Under the pieces are notes generated by a model. It was not told where the DNA came from and made no database searches. It saw only the letters and a list, made by a program, of their open reading frames with translations. Shown in pieces: positions 40,183 through 52,967 of a stretch of DNA of 64,000 nt. Position 1 is the stretch's first letter; each line of letters begins with the position of its first letter. Both the position numbers and the translations under genes were made by a program. The DNA is from Octopus sinensis. Lineage: Eukaryota. The stretch is taken from contig NC_043024.1 in assembly GCF_006345805.1 (NCBI RefSeq), forward strand, positions 4,526,001-4,590,000, given 5' to 3'.

Positions 40183-42428
40183 CTACAACTCTCTCTCTTT
40201 TCTTTCCCCTCCTTAATTCTTTTGTTCCTCTTTTTCTCTCTCTTCTCTTCCCACGTGACCGATAGGCCAGACAGCTAACCCTCTTTTTGCGTCTGACCAC
40301 GGTCAGTGCAACATCGATATTCTTCCGTGTGTTGATGAAAGTTCTGTATCTCTGCCGTAAGGCTTCATTTCCACACACACCAGCTGAATTCAATTCGTCC
40401 CCAGTCGAAAGACACCTGTTGTTATGTCCTGTTATTATTATTAATATTTTTATTGTATTTTGTATTTATAATTGTGTAACATCGTCTGTTTTTCCGTCCT
40501 TATTTTCGTATACATTCCATGCTTTCTTCCAAGGAATCTGATGCTCTTAGCTTACTTTTTCCTTGGGGCTGGCCAGATTGGAGCAATCTCAAGATTAATC
40601 AGCCGAAATTGCGAGGATGATCTGGTTCTTTACTGGGGATAGAAAGCTTCAAATGACCCGTCCTTTCTTTTTCATAAAGGACCCGTTTGTACTTTGGTGT
40701 GAAATAATTTTTTTCCACACGTTTTTTTGAGTGCATTCAACGATGCTCAGTCCAAACCCACCACCCGCCACATTCTTCCAGAAAAGAAAGGGGGAGGGGT
40801 GGTGGGGGACCTTGGAGTTTCCCCACCAACAGAGTTTTGTTTTGTTTTTTTTCTGGGTTATTTTACATGCTTTCAATGTATGACATTGAAATTATACGTA
40901 AACGGCTCCTTTCCTTAGAAAAAGAAAGATTCGGCCACTATTTCTTGCATGCCCTGCTACCACGTAACAGCTATTTTGAGTCCTTTATCGTAAATAGCTG
41001 TTGTATGGTAACAGGGCATGCTAGAAATAGCAACCAAGTCTTTGGAGATGAGATACATTGAATGCACTTGAAAAAAACCTATGGAAAGAATTTATTTCAC
41101 AGTGAGGTTATGAACAGGTCTTTTACGAAATATTTACGGTATTTCTAAAGCCATCTTCACTTTAAAATATTTTTTAAATATGCCAAAACAATTTTCGTAA
41201 TGGTATTCAATTGAAAATAATAAAAAAATAAATAAAATTGTCTGTTTAAAGAAAGTTAAAATATAGAAACATTTCCTGTAAAAACAACTTTTTTTGTTGG
41301 CAAGTTAGTCATAATGTGTCTAACCGAAAGGCTAGAAATTCTTCCTTTTCAGGGTTAAGTTATTTTTGGTGTATTTTCCCAATATGCACTGTTTTGGGTA
41401 TTCATACCCACCAAAACTCCTAATATCTCAAGAACCAATTGTCCAATTCATGCGAAACTTGTTTTATTCTGTTTGTATTCACATTTCAGGAAAGTCTTAA
41501 TTCATAGTATTTTCCCCATTATGTGCCATTTTGGCTATGTAACATTGGAAGCAAGATTGAAGTTCATTTTTAATGTAATATATGTGTGTGTGTGTGTGTG
41601 TAGGTCTGCCTACTTACAACTGCAATACAAGTATTTAGTTGTGAATAAACCATTATACTTGGCACTTGTTGGCCTGGAGAAAGTCTTTGATAGAATTCCT
41701 CAGTTGGCCACACACCAAGGTTCAACAGAACCTACTGAAAAAAGCCAACGTGCTTCTAGCATTATCACAGGCAAGAGCAAGAAGTCGACATCAAAGTTTG
41801 TACTGTTTTCAAATTTTGGCACAAGGCCAGCAATTCCACGGGTGTGTGTTAAGTTGAATATGTCGATTCCAGTGCTCAACCATTGCTTATTTCCACCAAC
41901 CCCCAAAAGGACGAAAGACAAAGTCCACCTTGGCAGAATTTAAATGCAAATGTCATGTCAGAAGAACCACAGCTAAGCATTTTCCCCAATGTGCTAACGA
42001 CCCTGCCAGTTCGCCACCTTAGTTTATTATTAATTACTAGTGGGACCCATGTAAATTCTACAGAATGAAAAAAATTAAGAGGACCTATTTAAGAAAGAGA
42101 GGATGATTTGCATTTTTATAGCATTCATAGTTTTAGCTTTCTTTGAATATGCTTGGCATCTGTCTACATCCAATTCCTCACAACACCATCGGTGCCATCT
42201 TTTTCCTCTTTTTTATTATATCTTCTTGGTGTTCCATGCTCTAGATCTGGGCATCTTTTCTCAGGCAGCTTGCAACTGTGTCTCTTGTGAATCCATAGTT
42301 TAGGCTAAATTAATCCTTAGAAACAAATATCAATCTCTTAAGTGAGAAGACGATAAATAATTGCACAGAAGTGCAAGTGTTGAGTGATGGTCTCTATAAA
42401 AAGAAGAAATTCCTTTTCACTATCAACA

Positions 42429-42460
<32 letters not shown>

Positions 42461-43780
42461 TCTCTCTCTCTGTGTACCTTTCTTTAATCTCACCATCAGA
42501 ACATCACCCCTCTGCTAAGATTATATTTCTAACTCTTCTCTATATCACAAACTTCAGCTAGCTTTTTTAACCATAAAATAACTATTAAATTCCCCCTATT
42601 ACATGTCATGCTTTCTTCTTTCTTAGTCTTTTGTCTCTCCCTTTTCTTTCTTTCTCTATTTGCCTCACTCTTTGTCTTATCATCTTTTCTATCTCTACCC
42701 CCTTTTCTCTAATAACATGAAAGTGTTACTGACGAGCTAAGTAACAGAATGAGAAGCAGAATTATAAGATCACCTTACTCTATTTCTCCACTTCTATCCC
42801 CACCCCTCATTTATTCCACTAATCTAATGAAAGCATAACAGCTGTACAAACAAGCTGGTTATTATATATATACATAAATATCATTTTTGTCTGATGTGTG
42901 GATAATATTTTTTGCAGAGTAATTACATATCACATAAGGAGACTGGAAAACAGTTTGATAGTATTTATTCAGCATTACATGTGTTTCATTACCTAATAGG
43001 AATTACAAACTTTTAGACAAAGAGAAAACATGTAAAATATCTCCTATAAGAAATTCTTCATATATACATATATACACGTGAGTGTGTGTGTGTATCCTTG
43101 TCCAGATATTATGTGATGTCCGTAAATGGCCATCATGACCGTCATACTTGTGCAGTTCTTCATTTCCAGTCCTCTGCGTAAAATATGTCTCACCAGGGAA
43201 AATATTTCCTTGCTTGGAAACAGGTGAGGATTGGTGACAAGAAAGGGTACCCAGCTCAGGAAAATCTCCATCAATGAAATCCATCTGATCCATTGGAGCA
43301 TGGAAAAGCGAATTTTAAATGATGATGATTATCATCTTTGTAGTGATATGGTTCCTCTTCTGTATGAATGCAGTTATGTTTTAATAATTGATCATTTTCA
43401 TAGATTGACTTAGCACAAATGTCTTAGGGTATGGTTTTATCTTTCATATTAATATGACTGTGTATAATTCTCCATTTTCATAGAATGATTAAGCACTGCT
43501 ATCACAGTGATATGTTCTCCTTCCTCTGTCAATGCTCTTTTGATTCGTTAATGGATCATTTCAGATGAAAGGCTTACCATTGATATCACATTGATATAGT
43601 TTCTTTCTTGTGTAGAGGGTTTTATGAGATACAAACTTGTCCTTCTGAAGGAATGTTATACAACCAATGTTGCTGTGTTATGGATCAACTTCACAACGAA
43701 TACACTTGTGTTTAATTGAGTGATGTTTTTGTGAGAATGATTCACCACATATGTCACAGCGATATGGTTCCTCACCTGTA
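40183..43780 (-). repeat. Right arm of the ~3.6-kb inverted duplication
   Basis: Reverse complement of 25290-28871. Confidence 0.9.
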
Positions 43781-44799
43781 TGAATACGCTTGTGTTTGGT
43801 TAAGCTACTGCTAACAGAGAATGATTTACCACAGATATCACAGTGGTATGGTTTCTCCCCTGTATGAATACGTGTATGTTGAGTTAAGTGACTGCTAACA
43901 GTGAATGATTTACCACAGATATTACAGTGATATGGTTTCTCTCCTGTATGAATACGTTTATGTTTAGTTAAGCTACTGCCATCAGAGCATGACTCACCAC
44001 AGATATCACAGTGGTATGGTTTGTCCCCTGTATGAATACGCTTGTGAATAGCTAAGCTATGAGCACGAGAGAATGATCTACCGCAGATATCACAGTGATA
44101 TGGTTTGTCTCCTGTATGAATACGCTTGTGAGTAGTTAAGCTATGAGCATAAGAGAATGATTTACCGCAGATATCACAGTGATATGGTTTGTCTCCCGTA
44201 TGAATACGCTTGTGAATAGTTAAGCTATGAGCACAAGAGAATGATTTACCGCAGATATCACAGTGATATGGTTTGTCTCCTGTATGAATACGTTTGTGTT
44301 TAATTAAGGTAGTGCTATCAGAGAATGATTTACCACAGATTTCACAGTGATATGGTTTGTCCCCTGTATGAATACGCTTGTGTTTAGTTAAGCTACTGCC
44401 ATCAGAGAATGATTTACCACAGATATCACAGTGATATGGTTTCTCCCCTGTATGAATACGTGTATGTCGAATTAAGTGACTGTGATGTGAGAATGATGTA
44501 CCACAGATGCTACAGCTATATGGTTTCTCCCCTGTATGAATACGTTTGTGGTTGGGTAAGCTACTGCCATCAGAGAATGATTTACCACAGATATCACAGT
44601 GATATGGTTTCTCACCTGTATGAATACGCTTGTGTTTGGTTAAGCTACTGCGAACAGAGAATGATTTACCACAGATATCACAGTGATATGGTGCTTCCCC
44701 TTTATGAATTTGTTTGTGTTGATTGAATTTACTTTCTTCTAAGAATGACTCTTTGCAGATGTCACAGTCATATGATGATTTTCCTAATTCTTCAGACAT
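43678..44799 (-). CDS. C2H2 zinc-finger protein ZNF-5, 12 fingers plus an atypical terminal finger, 373 aa
   Basis: Finger array; acceptor CAG ends at 45223; C-terminus [17 protein letters not shown]. Confidence 0.9.
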   Translation of the reverse strand: MSEELGKSSYDCDICKESFLEESKFNQHKQIHKGEAPYHCDICGKSFSVRSSLTKHKRIHTGEKPYHCDICGKSFSDGSSLPNHKRIHTGEKPYSCSICGTSFSHHSHLIRHTRIHTGEKPYHCDICGKSFSDGSSLTKHKRIHTGDKPYHCEICGKSFSDSTTLIKHKRIHTGDKPYHCDICGKSFSCAHSLTIHKRIHTGDKPYHCDICGKSFSYAHSLTTHKRIHTGDKPYHCDICGRSFSRAHSLAIHKRIHTGDKPYHCDICGESCSDGSSLTKHKRIHTGEKPYHCNICGKSFTVSSHLTQHTRIHTGEKPYHCDICGKSFSVSSSLTKHKRIHTGEEPYRCDICGESFSQKHHSIKHKCIRCEVDP

Positions 44800-45496
44800 C
44801 TCTTCAAGAATAATAAAATCGATCTTTCAAGTTGTACAGATCAACAACTTTTCAATACTAATTCTCCTCTCACCAAAATATATGGATATTTTTCTTCTTT
44901 TTGCTTTTATAGTTTATTCCAAACAAATATCACTTCTTTTATATTTCTTCTAAATGTGATCAATGCCAATATTTAAAAATGTTGCAAATACTTTTTCGAA
45001 ATCTATCAAAGTATATTTAAAAGAGAAAATTATCTCTTGCACATTTCAGAAGTAAAGAAATGTTTTCTCTCTCAGAGGAAATATTTTACTGTAATTCAGC
45101 AATGTTTTATAGAAGCAGGAGTATACGTTTATAGAATATCTTTGCAGAGTCTTTCAAACATGATACACATTGATGATTCTTTAATAGTAAAAAATACTTT
45201 TTAGCCAATTTCACGTGATTTTCTGAAAGAATAGAAAAAATAATATAAGACATCAAGTATGTTTAAAAGGCAGATATTCAAAAGTGCAAATTTACGACAG
45301 TTCTGTTTTCATAAATTGTAGAAGTAATTCTTTATCTGAACTACTAAACTTATCCCATCTCTCTATTTTCAAGAAGTTTATATCAGGGAGTAGACACATG
45401 TATTATAATAACATCTCCTGGACATTAAGTCTGTCCTAGACACATACACATACCAATATACATGTCAATGGCACTAGATATCTAATGTTTTCATCT

Positions 45497-45725
45497 GAAG
45501 GGGGTTTTCTTCAGGGTCTGAGTATGCTTGTGTCTAGTTAGGCAAATACTAATAGAGAATGATTCACCACTGATGTCACAGTGATATGGCTTCTCCCCTC
45601 CATGAACTCTTGTGTGAGTAGTGAAGTTACCTCTTTGATAGAATTACTTGCCACAGATATTACAGTGATCTGGTTTCTCCTCCAAATTAATACGTTTGTG
45701 TTGCGTTAAGCTGATGCCACTGTAG
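45497..45725 (-). pseudogene. Relic of ~3 degenerate fingers, similar to the distal ZNF-6 fingers
   Basis: Homologous to ~49730-49950 and fused at 45496/45497 to the intron of ZNF-5. Confidence 0.75.
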
Positions 45726-46641
45726 CAGATTCCAAACTACCTTTCATTTGCACTCTTTCACTTGGTGAAGCTAAATCGCCCTTATATCAAACACTTTCTC
45801 CTATGAAAAGGTAAAATTGTTTTTCTTAACCGAAAGGGTTTCTCCCCTGTTTTTTGAGTGCCAGAATCAGTCTGGAGAAAAGAAGGGCCAAAATCGGTCT
45901 AGAGTGTGTGTGTGGAGGGGAGTTTGTTGAAAAGAGGGAACAAACTCAAAGGTAACCCATGCTGTATGCAGTCACTTTGCCTGCTAGAAATAGCAGGGAT
46001 TTATTATGTTCTTTTTTTAAACGACATAATGACTCAATTAAGATAATGCTTCCTCTTAATTCGGTTTTGTATTTCCTAATTATTAAAATGTGGAACCACA
46101 CTTAAAACCATTCTCAGTGACATTTTGATTATTATTATTATAATGTCTATATATTTTAATGGACATAAAAATGTTTATAATGCTTCAAGCATGGAAAATT
46201 AAATTATTGGTGACTGATTTGAGTAATCTAAATTTCACAAGGCGATAGTTTTTAAACAATAGTGATCAGCCTTCGTTTTATACGTCGTGTCGATATTTTT
46301 TTATATCTTCTCTACTAATGTTCGAGTAAAAGATTATATAAACGGGTTTTTATATTTATTTTTGGTCAAATTAGGTACTTTTTAGTGTTTCAATTCAAAG
46401 ACCTTTCATTTCGTCTGTAAAAGATATTGACTTTTCGTTTCAGTAATTCAAGTGCACAATCGTACTTTTATACATTCCCCATCTTTTGTTACAAATTACA
46501 TCGTAATTATTAAAAGAACAGCCTTACTTTCATATAATTTCTTCTTTGTTTGGTTAGATTCTTTCTTTTGACTTATTCAACACATGGAAACAAACAGATG
46601 TACGTAATATGATACTTAATACAATAGAAATGTCTTTATAA

Positions 46642-46962
46642 TACTTACATAGTAATTGATATAAAGAGAGAGTCAACGAGTCAGAGCGGACTCTGACAGC
46701 TTCAAGAGAATTTCTTCCTTTCTCACAACGAACGTTACTTCATATTTTGCAGGTCAATGTAATAAAAAATGCTGTATCTGTTTGTTTAGACAGTTAATTA
46801 GCAATCATTTGTATATATTTGATTGGATTTTCTCTTAAATATCAGTCGTAAAGTGGAACTGATCAAACAATCAAGGTGCGTGAGAAACAGGAGGAAGAAG
46901 CAAAAGTAGGAAGAGTAGACAAGGGGAACTAACTCTTTTCTTGAAATATTAACGGCTTTACT
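46642..46962 (-). promoter_or_regulatory. ZNF-type core promoter and 5' exon(s) upstream of ZNF-5, free of Tx1
   Basis: GTAAAGCCGTTAATATTTCAAGAAAAGAGTTAGTTCCCCTTG on the minus strand; GTAAGTA donor at 46648. Confidence 0.6.
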
Positions 46963-46975
46963 GATATATATTTGA

Positions 46976-48420
46976 GTAGCAGTATAACCCGGCGTTGCTC
47001 GGTATTAAATTCGGATCATTAATGATGAAATGATTTTTTCAAACCAAAATAAGTGACAATGAATTTGGTAAAAGTGCTGAATTTGGTAAAAAGTTTGGCT
47101 GAAAGTGGGATCTCTTTAACTCTTTACTCTTTTACTTATTTCAGTCATTTGACTGCGGCCATGCTGGAGCACCGACTTTAGTCGAGCAAATCGACCCCGG
47201 GACTTATTCTTTGTAAGCCCAGTACTTATTCTATCGGTCTCTTTGGCCGAACCGCTAAGTGACGGGGACGTAAACACACCAGCATTGGTTGTGAAGCAAT
47301 GCTAGGGGGACAAACACAGACAAACAAACACATACATATATATATATATACATATATACGACCGGCTTCTTTCAGTTCACAGGCAATTTGAATGGGAAAT
47401 ACCATAAGGAATCAGTTTATCGATTATTTCCACTTATCGTTTTTTTGAGAACTTAAAGCATTCAAAGATCCCATGAGTCCTAAGTAGTGCTGGCATCGAG
47501 TTTGAAGAAAACATGTCAAAATTGTTAAAAGTTATGGCTGAAAATGGGGTGTAGTCAATTTTAGCAGAAACCCTATAAGGAAATAGTTTATCAATTATTT
47601 ATCCTCATTGAATGGAAAACCCCTAATCGATGCCTGCTACCGATGGTGTTTGGCCTTCGGATTTGTTGATGGACATGGTGAAGCATGGTCTGACCGGAAA
47701 ATGCAATCTGCAGAACTTCACCGGCATGTCTAACCGTGAGGAGATAAAGCTGCATCCTTGAAATGAAAACATTTTCACCCCTCCTGCACCCTGTTACAAT
47801 GGTGGCCTCAATCAAGTGGGGCGTCAGGGACTTGATTACTAAGCGGGTCCTGTGGCACTGTTTAGGAGGAATTAAGTTTCTGATTAGCATAATTGGGTAT
47901 CCGACCCTTAGCCTAACGATGTGAGGTGGAAGCCCTGCTAGCTCCAATGAGTTGAGAAATTTGTTAGGGTAAATGACAATGCCTTCGGGGTCAGACGTCC
48001 GGTCAATTGATTTGTAGATGTACTCCTCACCGGAATTCATCATATGAGCTGGTCATTGATAGCACTGACACCTATGTTTTGTGGGGCCAGGATGGTTCTT
48101 TCACTGAGCCAATTGATGTCTGCAGAATTACTTTCCAGATTGGGAAACAGTTTCCAAAAAAACCAGAAGGGTTGTTCACGGAGTTGCACAGTTCATAGAC
48201 TGATATGTTGCCCCTATCATTCCTAGGGACCTTGCCTTCTCCAAGGGCTAAAATTTCTTCAGCAAATGCTGCTGACATTCTATCACCAAGCCAGTGTGCA
48301 TGCATGTTTGTGCTTAGGCTTAAGGTCTTAACCTGGGGCCACAACATGGATGACTTAAGGCATGCGTGCACTTCATCAGCCCTGCTCCCTTTAGGAAAGA
48401 CAGGAAGGATTTGCACACTT
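46976..48420 (-). mobile_element. Helitron relic: PIF1-like helicase fragment and 3' terminus
   Basis: QILPVFPKGSRADEVHACLKSS, FLNSLELAGLPPH..VG.PIMLIRNL and FPVRPCFTMSINKSEGQT motifs at 47610-48420. A terminal hairpin-like CCGAGCAACGCCGGG precedes CTAC (CTAG variant) at 46976. Confidence 0.82.
47118..47378 (-). mobile_element. SINE 3' part inserted in the Helitron relic
   Basis: Reverse complement of the same tail as 29410-29600. Confidence 0.75.
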
Positions 48421-48689
48421 CTTTCTGAGTCTTTTCTTCCTCTTCCCATCTCATTCCTAACCTTATCCTCTTCTCTTTCTCCCACTTTTTCTCTAATGGC
48501 TGAAAGTGTTATAGACAGGCTAAGTAACATAATGACATGCAGAATTATTATAAGATCACCTTTCTCTACTTCTTCTTCACTCCTCCATCCCTATCATGCC
48601 TACTCTACATAACAAAAGTATACCAGTTGGAGAGAGAGAAGCTGGTTATATATTTATATATATCTATCTATTTATATATATATATATAG

Positions 48690-48810
48690 GGAGAGTTTAC
48701 GAAAAAAACAAACAGTTGTATTAGTATAGTGCTCAGGAATAGAAAAAGTCTTTTACGTTTCGAGCCTTTGCTCTTCTACAGAAAGGAACACAGAAAAAAA
48801 CGAGGGTATA
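48690..48810 (-). repeat. Penelope-like terminal-repeat fragment with a degenerate minimal hammerhead
   Basis: Minus strand reads CTTT-CTGTAGA-A-GAGC-AAAG-GCTC-GAAA-CG-TA-AAAG (48785-48750). Confidence 0.45.
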
Positions 48811-49383
48811 TACACATATTATTTTTGCATTATGTTTGGTTATTTCTTGCAGAGTAATTAAATATCACATAAGGAGACCAGATACAAGTTTGATATTATT
48901 TATTCAACATTACATGTGTTTCATTTCCTAATAGGAATCACAAACTTTTAGATGAAGAGAAAACATGTAAAATATTTCCTATAAGAAATTCTCCGGACAT
49001 ACATATGTGTGTGTGTACCCTTGTCCAGATGTGATGTTTGTAAATGACCGTCATACAAATGCAGTTGGTCATTTCCAGTCTTCTGTGTCGAATACGTCTC
49101 ACCATGGAAAACGTTTCCTTGCTTGGAAACATTTGGGGATTGGCAACAGGAAAGGTACCCGGGTGAAGAGAATCTCCATCAATGAAGTCCGTGTGATAGA
49201 CAGAAGCATGAATAACTGAATTTTAAAGGATGATCATTTACCACAGATACGACAGTGATATGGTTTCTCCAGTGTATGAATACACTTCTGTTTAGTTAGG
49301 CAACTACTAAGAGAATGATTTACCATACATGGCACAGTGGTATTCCTTGTCTCCTGTATGGATATATTTCTGAATATCTAAGC

Positions 49384-49602
49384 CAGTGCTTTTCAACCTT
49401 TTTGCTGGAGTGGAAGCCCAAGGAAACATTCCACTGGCTCGAGGAACCCCTGTGCAATAATTTAATTGTCTTATGCACACATATCTGCACAGGAGAATTA
49501 AAAATTACTGTCGATTTTAGCATTTTTGTAACTTCTTGCGGAACCCCTGGACTGTACTGGCAGAACCCTTAGGTTCCACGGAAGTCTGGTTGAAAACCAC
49601 TG
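49384..49602. mobile_element. 219-bp hAT (Charlie-like) MITE inserted in decayed fingers
   Basis: TIRs CAGTGCTTTTCAACC / GGTTGAAAACCACTG; perfect 8-bp TSD ATCTAAGC at 49376-49383 and 49603-49610. Confidence 0.9.
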
Positions 49603-49725
49603 ATCTAAGCAGTAAGTACAAGAGAATGATCTACTACAGACATGACATTGATATGGTTTCTCCTCTGTATGAACCCATGTTGAGTAGTTAAGTTACTTCT
49701 TTCATAGAATGATTTTCCGCTGATA

Positions 49726-50340
49726 TCACGGGGAGGTTTTCTCCACTGCATGAATACGCTTGTGTCTAGTTAGGCAACTGCTAACAGAGAATGATTTATC
49801 ACAGATGTCACAGTGATATGGCTTCTGCCCGGTATGAACCCTTGAGTGAGTAGTAAAGTTACCTCTGTGATAGAATGATTCACCACAGATATCACAGGAA
49901 TATGGTTTCTCCCCTGTATGAATACGTTTGTGTTGAGCTAAGCTACCGTTTTCAGAGAAAGATTTACCACATAAATCACAGTGATATGGTTTCTCTCCTG
50001 TATGGGTACGTTTATGATGAGTTAAGCTATTGCCAACAGAGAACGAGTCACCACAGATATCACAGGGATAAGGTTTCTCTCCTGTATGGATACGTATATG
50101 TCGAGTTAAGTGACTGTCAACAGAGAATGATTTACCACAGATATCACACTGATGGGGTTTCTTCCCTGTATGAAGCTGTTTGTGAGTACCTCTTCGACTG
50201 AATGATTTACCACAGATATCACATTTGTATGGTTGTTCCCCTGTATGAATTTGTTTGTGTTGACTGAATTTACTTTCTTCTAGGAATGACTCTTTGCAGA
50301 TGTCACAGTCATACGATGATTTTCTTAATTCTTCAGACAT
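49726..50340 (-). CDS. C2H2 zinc-finger protein ZNF-6, ~6 intact fingers, possibly a pseudogene
   Basis: ATG at 50340 (MSEELRKSS). The second finger is internally deleted, the stop follows a frameshift, and decayed fingers continue to ~49220. Acceptor at 50753, donor at 53382, and no initiator motif seen. Confidence 0.72.
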   Translation of the reverse strand: MSEELRKSSYDCDICKESFLEESKFSQHKQIHTGEQPYKCDICGKSFSRRGTHKQLHTGKKPHQCDICGKSFSVDSHLTRHIRIHTGEKPYPCDICGDSFSVGNSLTHHKRTHTGEKPYHCDLCGKSFSENGSLAQHKRIHTGEKPYSCDICGESFYHRGNFTTHSRVHTGQKPYHCDICDKSFSVSSCLTRHKRIHAVEKTSP

Positions 50341-51171
50341 CTCTTCAAGAAAAATAAAATGAATCCTTAAAGTTTTACACTTCAATAAATTTTCAAAAAT
50401 ATTTCTCCACCCACCAAAATATATTGATATTTTTCTTCTTTTTGTTTATTCCAAACAAATATCACTTCTCTTATATTTCTTTTAAATGTGATCTTAATTT
50501 TTAGAAATGCTGCAAATACTTTTGTAAATCCATCAAAGTATATTTAAAAGAGAAAATTATCTCTTGCACATTTCAGAAGTAAAGAAATGCTTTCTCTCTC
50601 TCAGAGGAAATATTTTACTGTAACTCAGCAATGTTTTCTAGAAGCAGGATTATACGTTCGTAGAATATCTTTGCAGAGCCTTTCAAACATGACACATATT
50701 GATGATTCTTTAAAAGTAAAAAATACTTTTTAGCCAATTTCATGTGATTTTTCTGAAAGAATATAAAAAATAATATAAGACATAAAGTATGTTTAAAAGG
50801 CAGATATTCAAAAGTGCAAATTTACGACATTTCTGTTTTCATAAATTGTAGGAGTAATTCTTTATACGAAGTATTAAATTTATCGCATCTCTCTATTTTC
50901 CAGAGGTTTATATCACAGACATCTATCGTAATAACACCTCCTGGACATTGCGTCTGTCCTAGACACACACCAATATACATGTCAATGACACTAGATATCT
51001 GATGGTTTCACCTCAGTCATGTGTCGTATTACCACAGCTTTGTTTGGTAACACAGACATCACTCCTCCTCTGCCTCCTTCTGTACATTCGTAAATACACA
51101 AATACATAGATAAAGGCAGCTTAATGTCAAAATTCTGTGGAGCTTGAAACATGGAGAAAAGTCAGTAAAGT

Positions 51172-51355
51172 ATCAACATTCTTTTCTACTCTCAGGCACA
51201 AAGCTCGAAGTTTTTGAGGAAGGGCCAGTCTATTAGATTGATCCCAGTACACAACTCGTACTTAACTTATCGACCCCGAAAGGATGAAGGGCAAAATCGA
51301 CCTTGGCGGAATTTGAACTGAGAACGTAAAGACAGACAAAATACTGCTAAGCATT
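51172..51355 (-). mobile_element. tRNA-derived SINE fragment
   Basis: Reverse complement resembles 14007-14175. Confidence 0.7.
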
Positions 51356-52967
51356 TCATATATATATAAATATATAAGTATATATATATATATATAAACA
51401 CGGTAGAAGTAAAGACCTGAACCCTTCAAAGGGATGTTTAGCATCGAAATTCCTGAGGAAAAGCCTAATTTGTAATTTGAAAAGGATTATATTTCCCTCA
51501 AAGTTATGAGGGAAAAACTCGGATCTTGTGAATCGTCCGAAGTCCTCTCCCCACCCCTTGGAAAAGGTTTTCCCCACAAATTTCTATATAATCGTAATCT
51601 ATACCGTCTGAAAGGTATTTATATAAAATTTCATTTTTAAAAACCCATTTTTAAAGCTATGAGGGAAAAACATCGGATCTTGTGAATTTTCCAAAGGCCT
51701 CACCCCATCCCTGTTGCTTTCCGGGCCTTTTTGTTCCCATATTCGTTCCCTACCCTCTTTTTTTTTTTACACCAGTTCCACTATTTTTTTTCGATTTCGT
51801 TCCCGGGTAATAATGTCAACATACAAGGATGAATATAAAGCTAATTATGTAAAAATCTATGTGTATATGTTTATATATATATATATTGTATGTATTTATA
51901 TATGCATAAGTTTCAAAAGATATTAGAATAACGAAATAAAAGTCAGTCACAATAAGAGATCTCCCCAAAATCTATTTCCTTAATTTTTAACGGCGACAGT
52001 AAAGAATACGTACACCCGGTCTTTAGGGTTGGTTTTAGTTAGGCCGAAAACGGGTGGTGTACCCCTTCTTTACCTCCAACATTTTAAACCGTTTCTAGCA
52101 CGCATAAAAATTTCGGCCCATATTTTGGGAATTTGGATTTTGAAGTATTTAAAACAAGGTAAAAAAAAGAAACGAATTCAACTCCTTCGTTTGCAAATTT
52201 TGGGGCGCTGTGGAACCCCACCAAAGACTATTGAGGCACGGCAGCAAGGTTACAGGGTTATAACGGGTGGTGCGCTGGAACAAACCAAGCACCCTCATGA
52301 GGTTCACCAGTTAAAACTACGAATTAAAAAAGAAAAACAGTGGAAAGTTTTGGAATTAGGATGGAGGGAGTTGGTTAAAAATTTTTCTTTTATTCTTTCT
52401 TTTGCATAATCATATTAATTCCATTACGCAGAAGACAAACGAAAAAATTTGTAACAATTAGAAAAAAGTTAGAAGCGGGGTTTGCACGTACTTACATCAT
52501 AAATCCGCCACGTTTTAATGTATTGACGACTAGTTTTTAATTAAAAGGTTATATAAACGGATTTTTATTGTTGGTCAAATTGGGTACTTTGTAGTGTTTC
52601 AATACAGAGTAGTTTAATTTCTTCTGTAGACGATAGTGCCTTTTCGTTTCAGTATTTCAAGTGCACACTCGTACTTTTACACGTTCCCCATTTTTTTGTT
52701 ACAAATTACATCGGAATTTTCTCGCAATTAACTTAATTATTGCCAAATTAACAAGTCAGAAACACAGAGAAAATGTTATCTAAACACGATAATGATCTGA
52801 CGTTAACAAATATAGAAAAATAACCAAAAATGCAGTGAGATGTCTAAAAGAAAGCGACAACACAATGAAAGTATTAAAATAATAGCCTTACTTTCCTATA
52901 ATTTCGTGTTTGTTTGGGGAGATTCTTTCTTTTAACTTACTCACCACATCCAAACAAACAGATGTAT

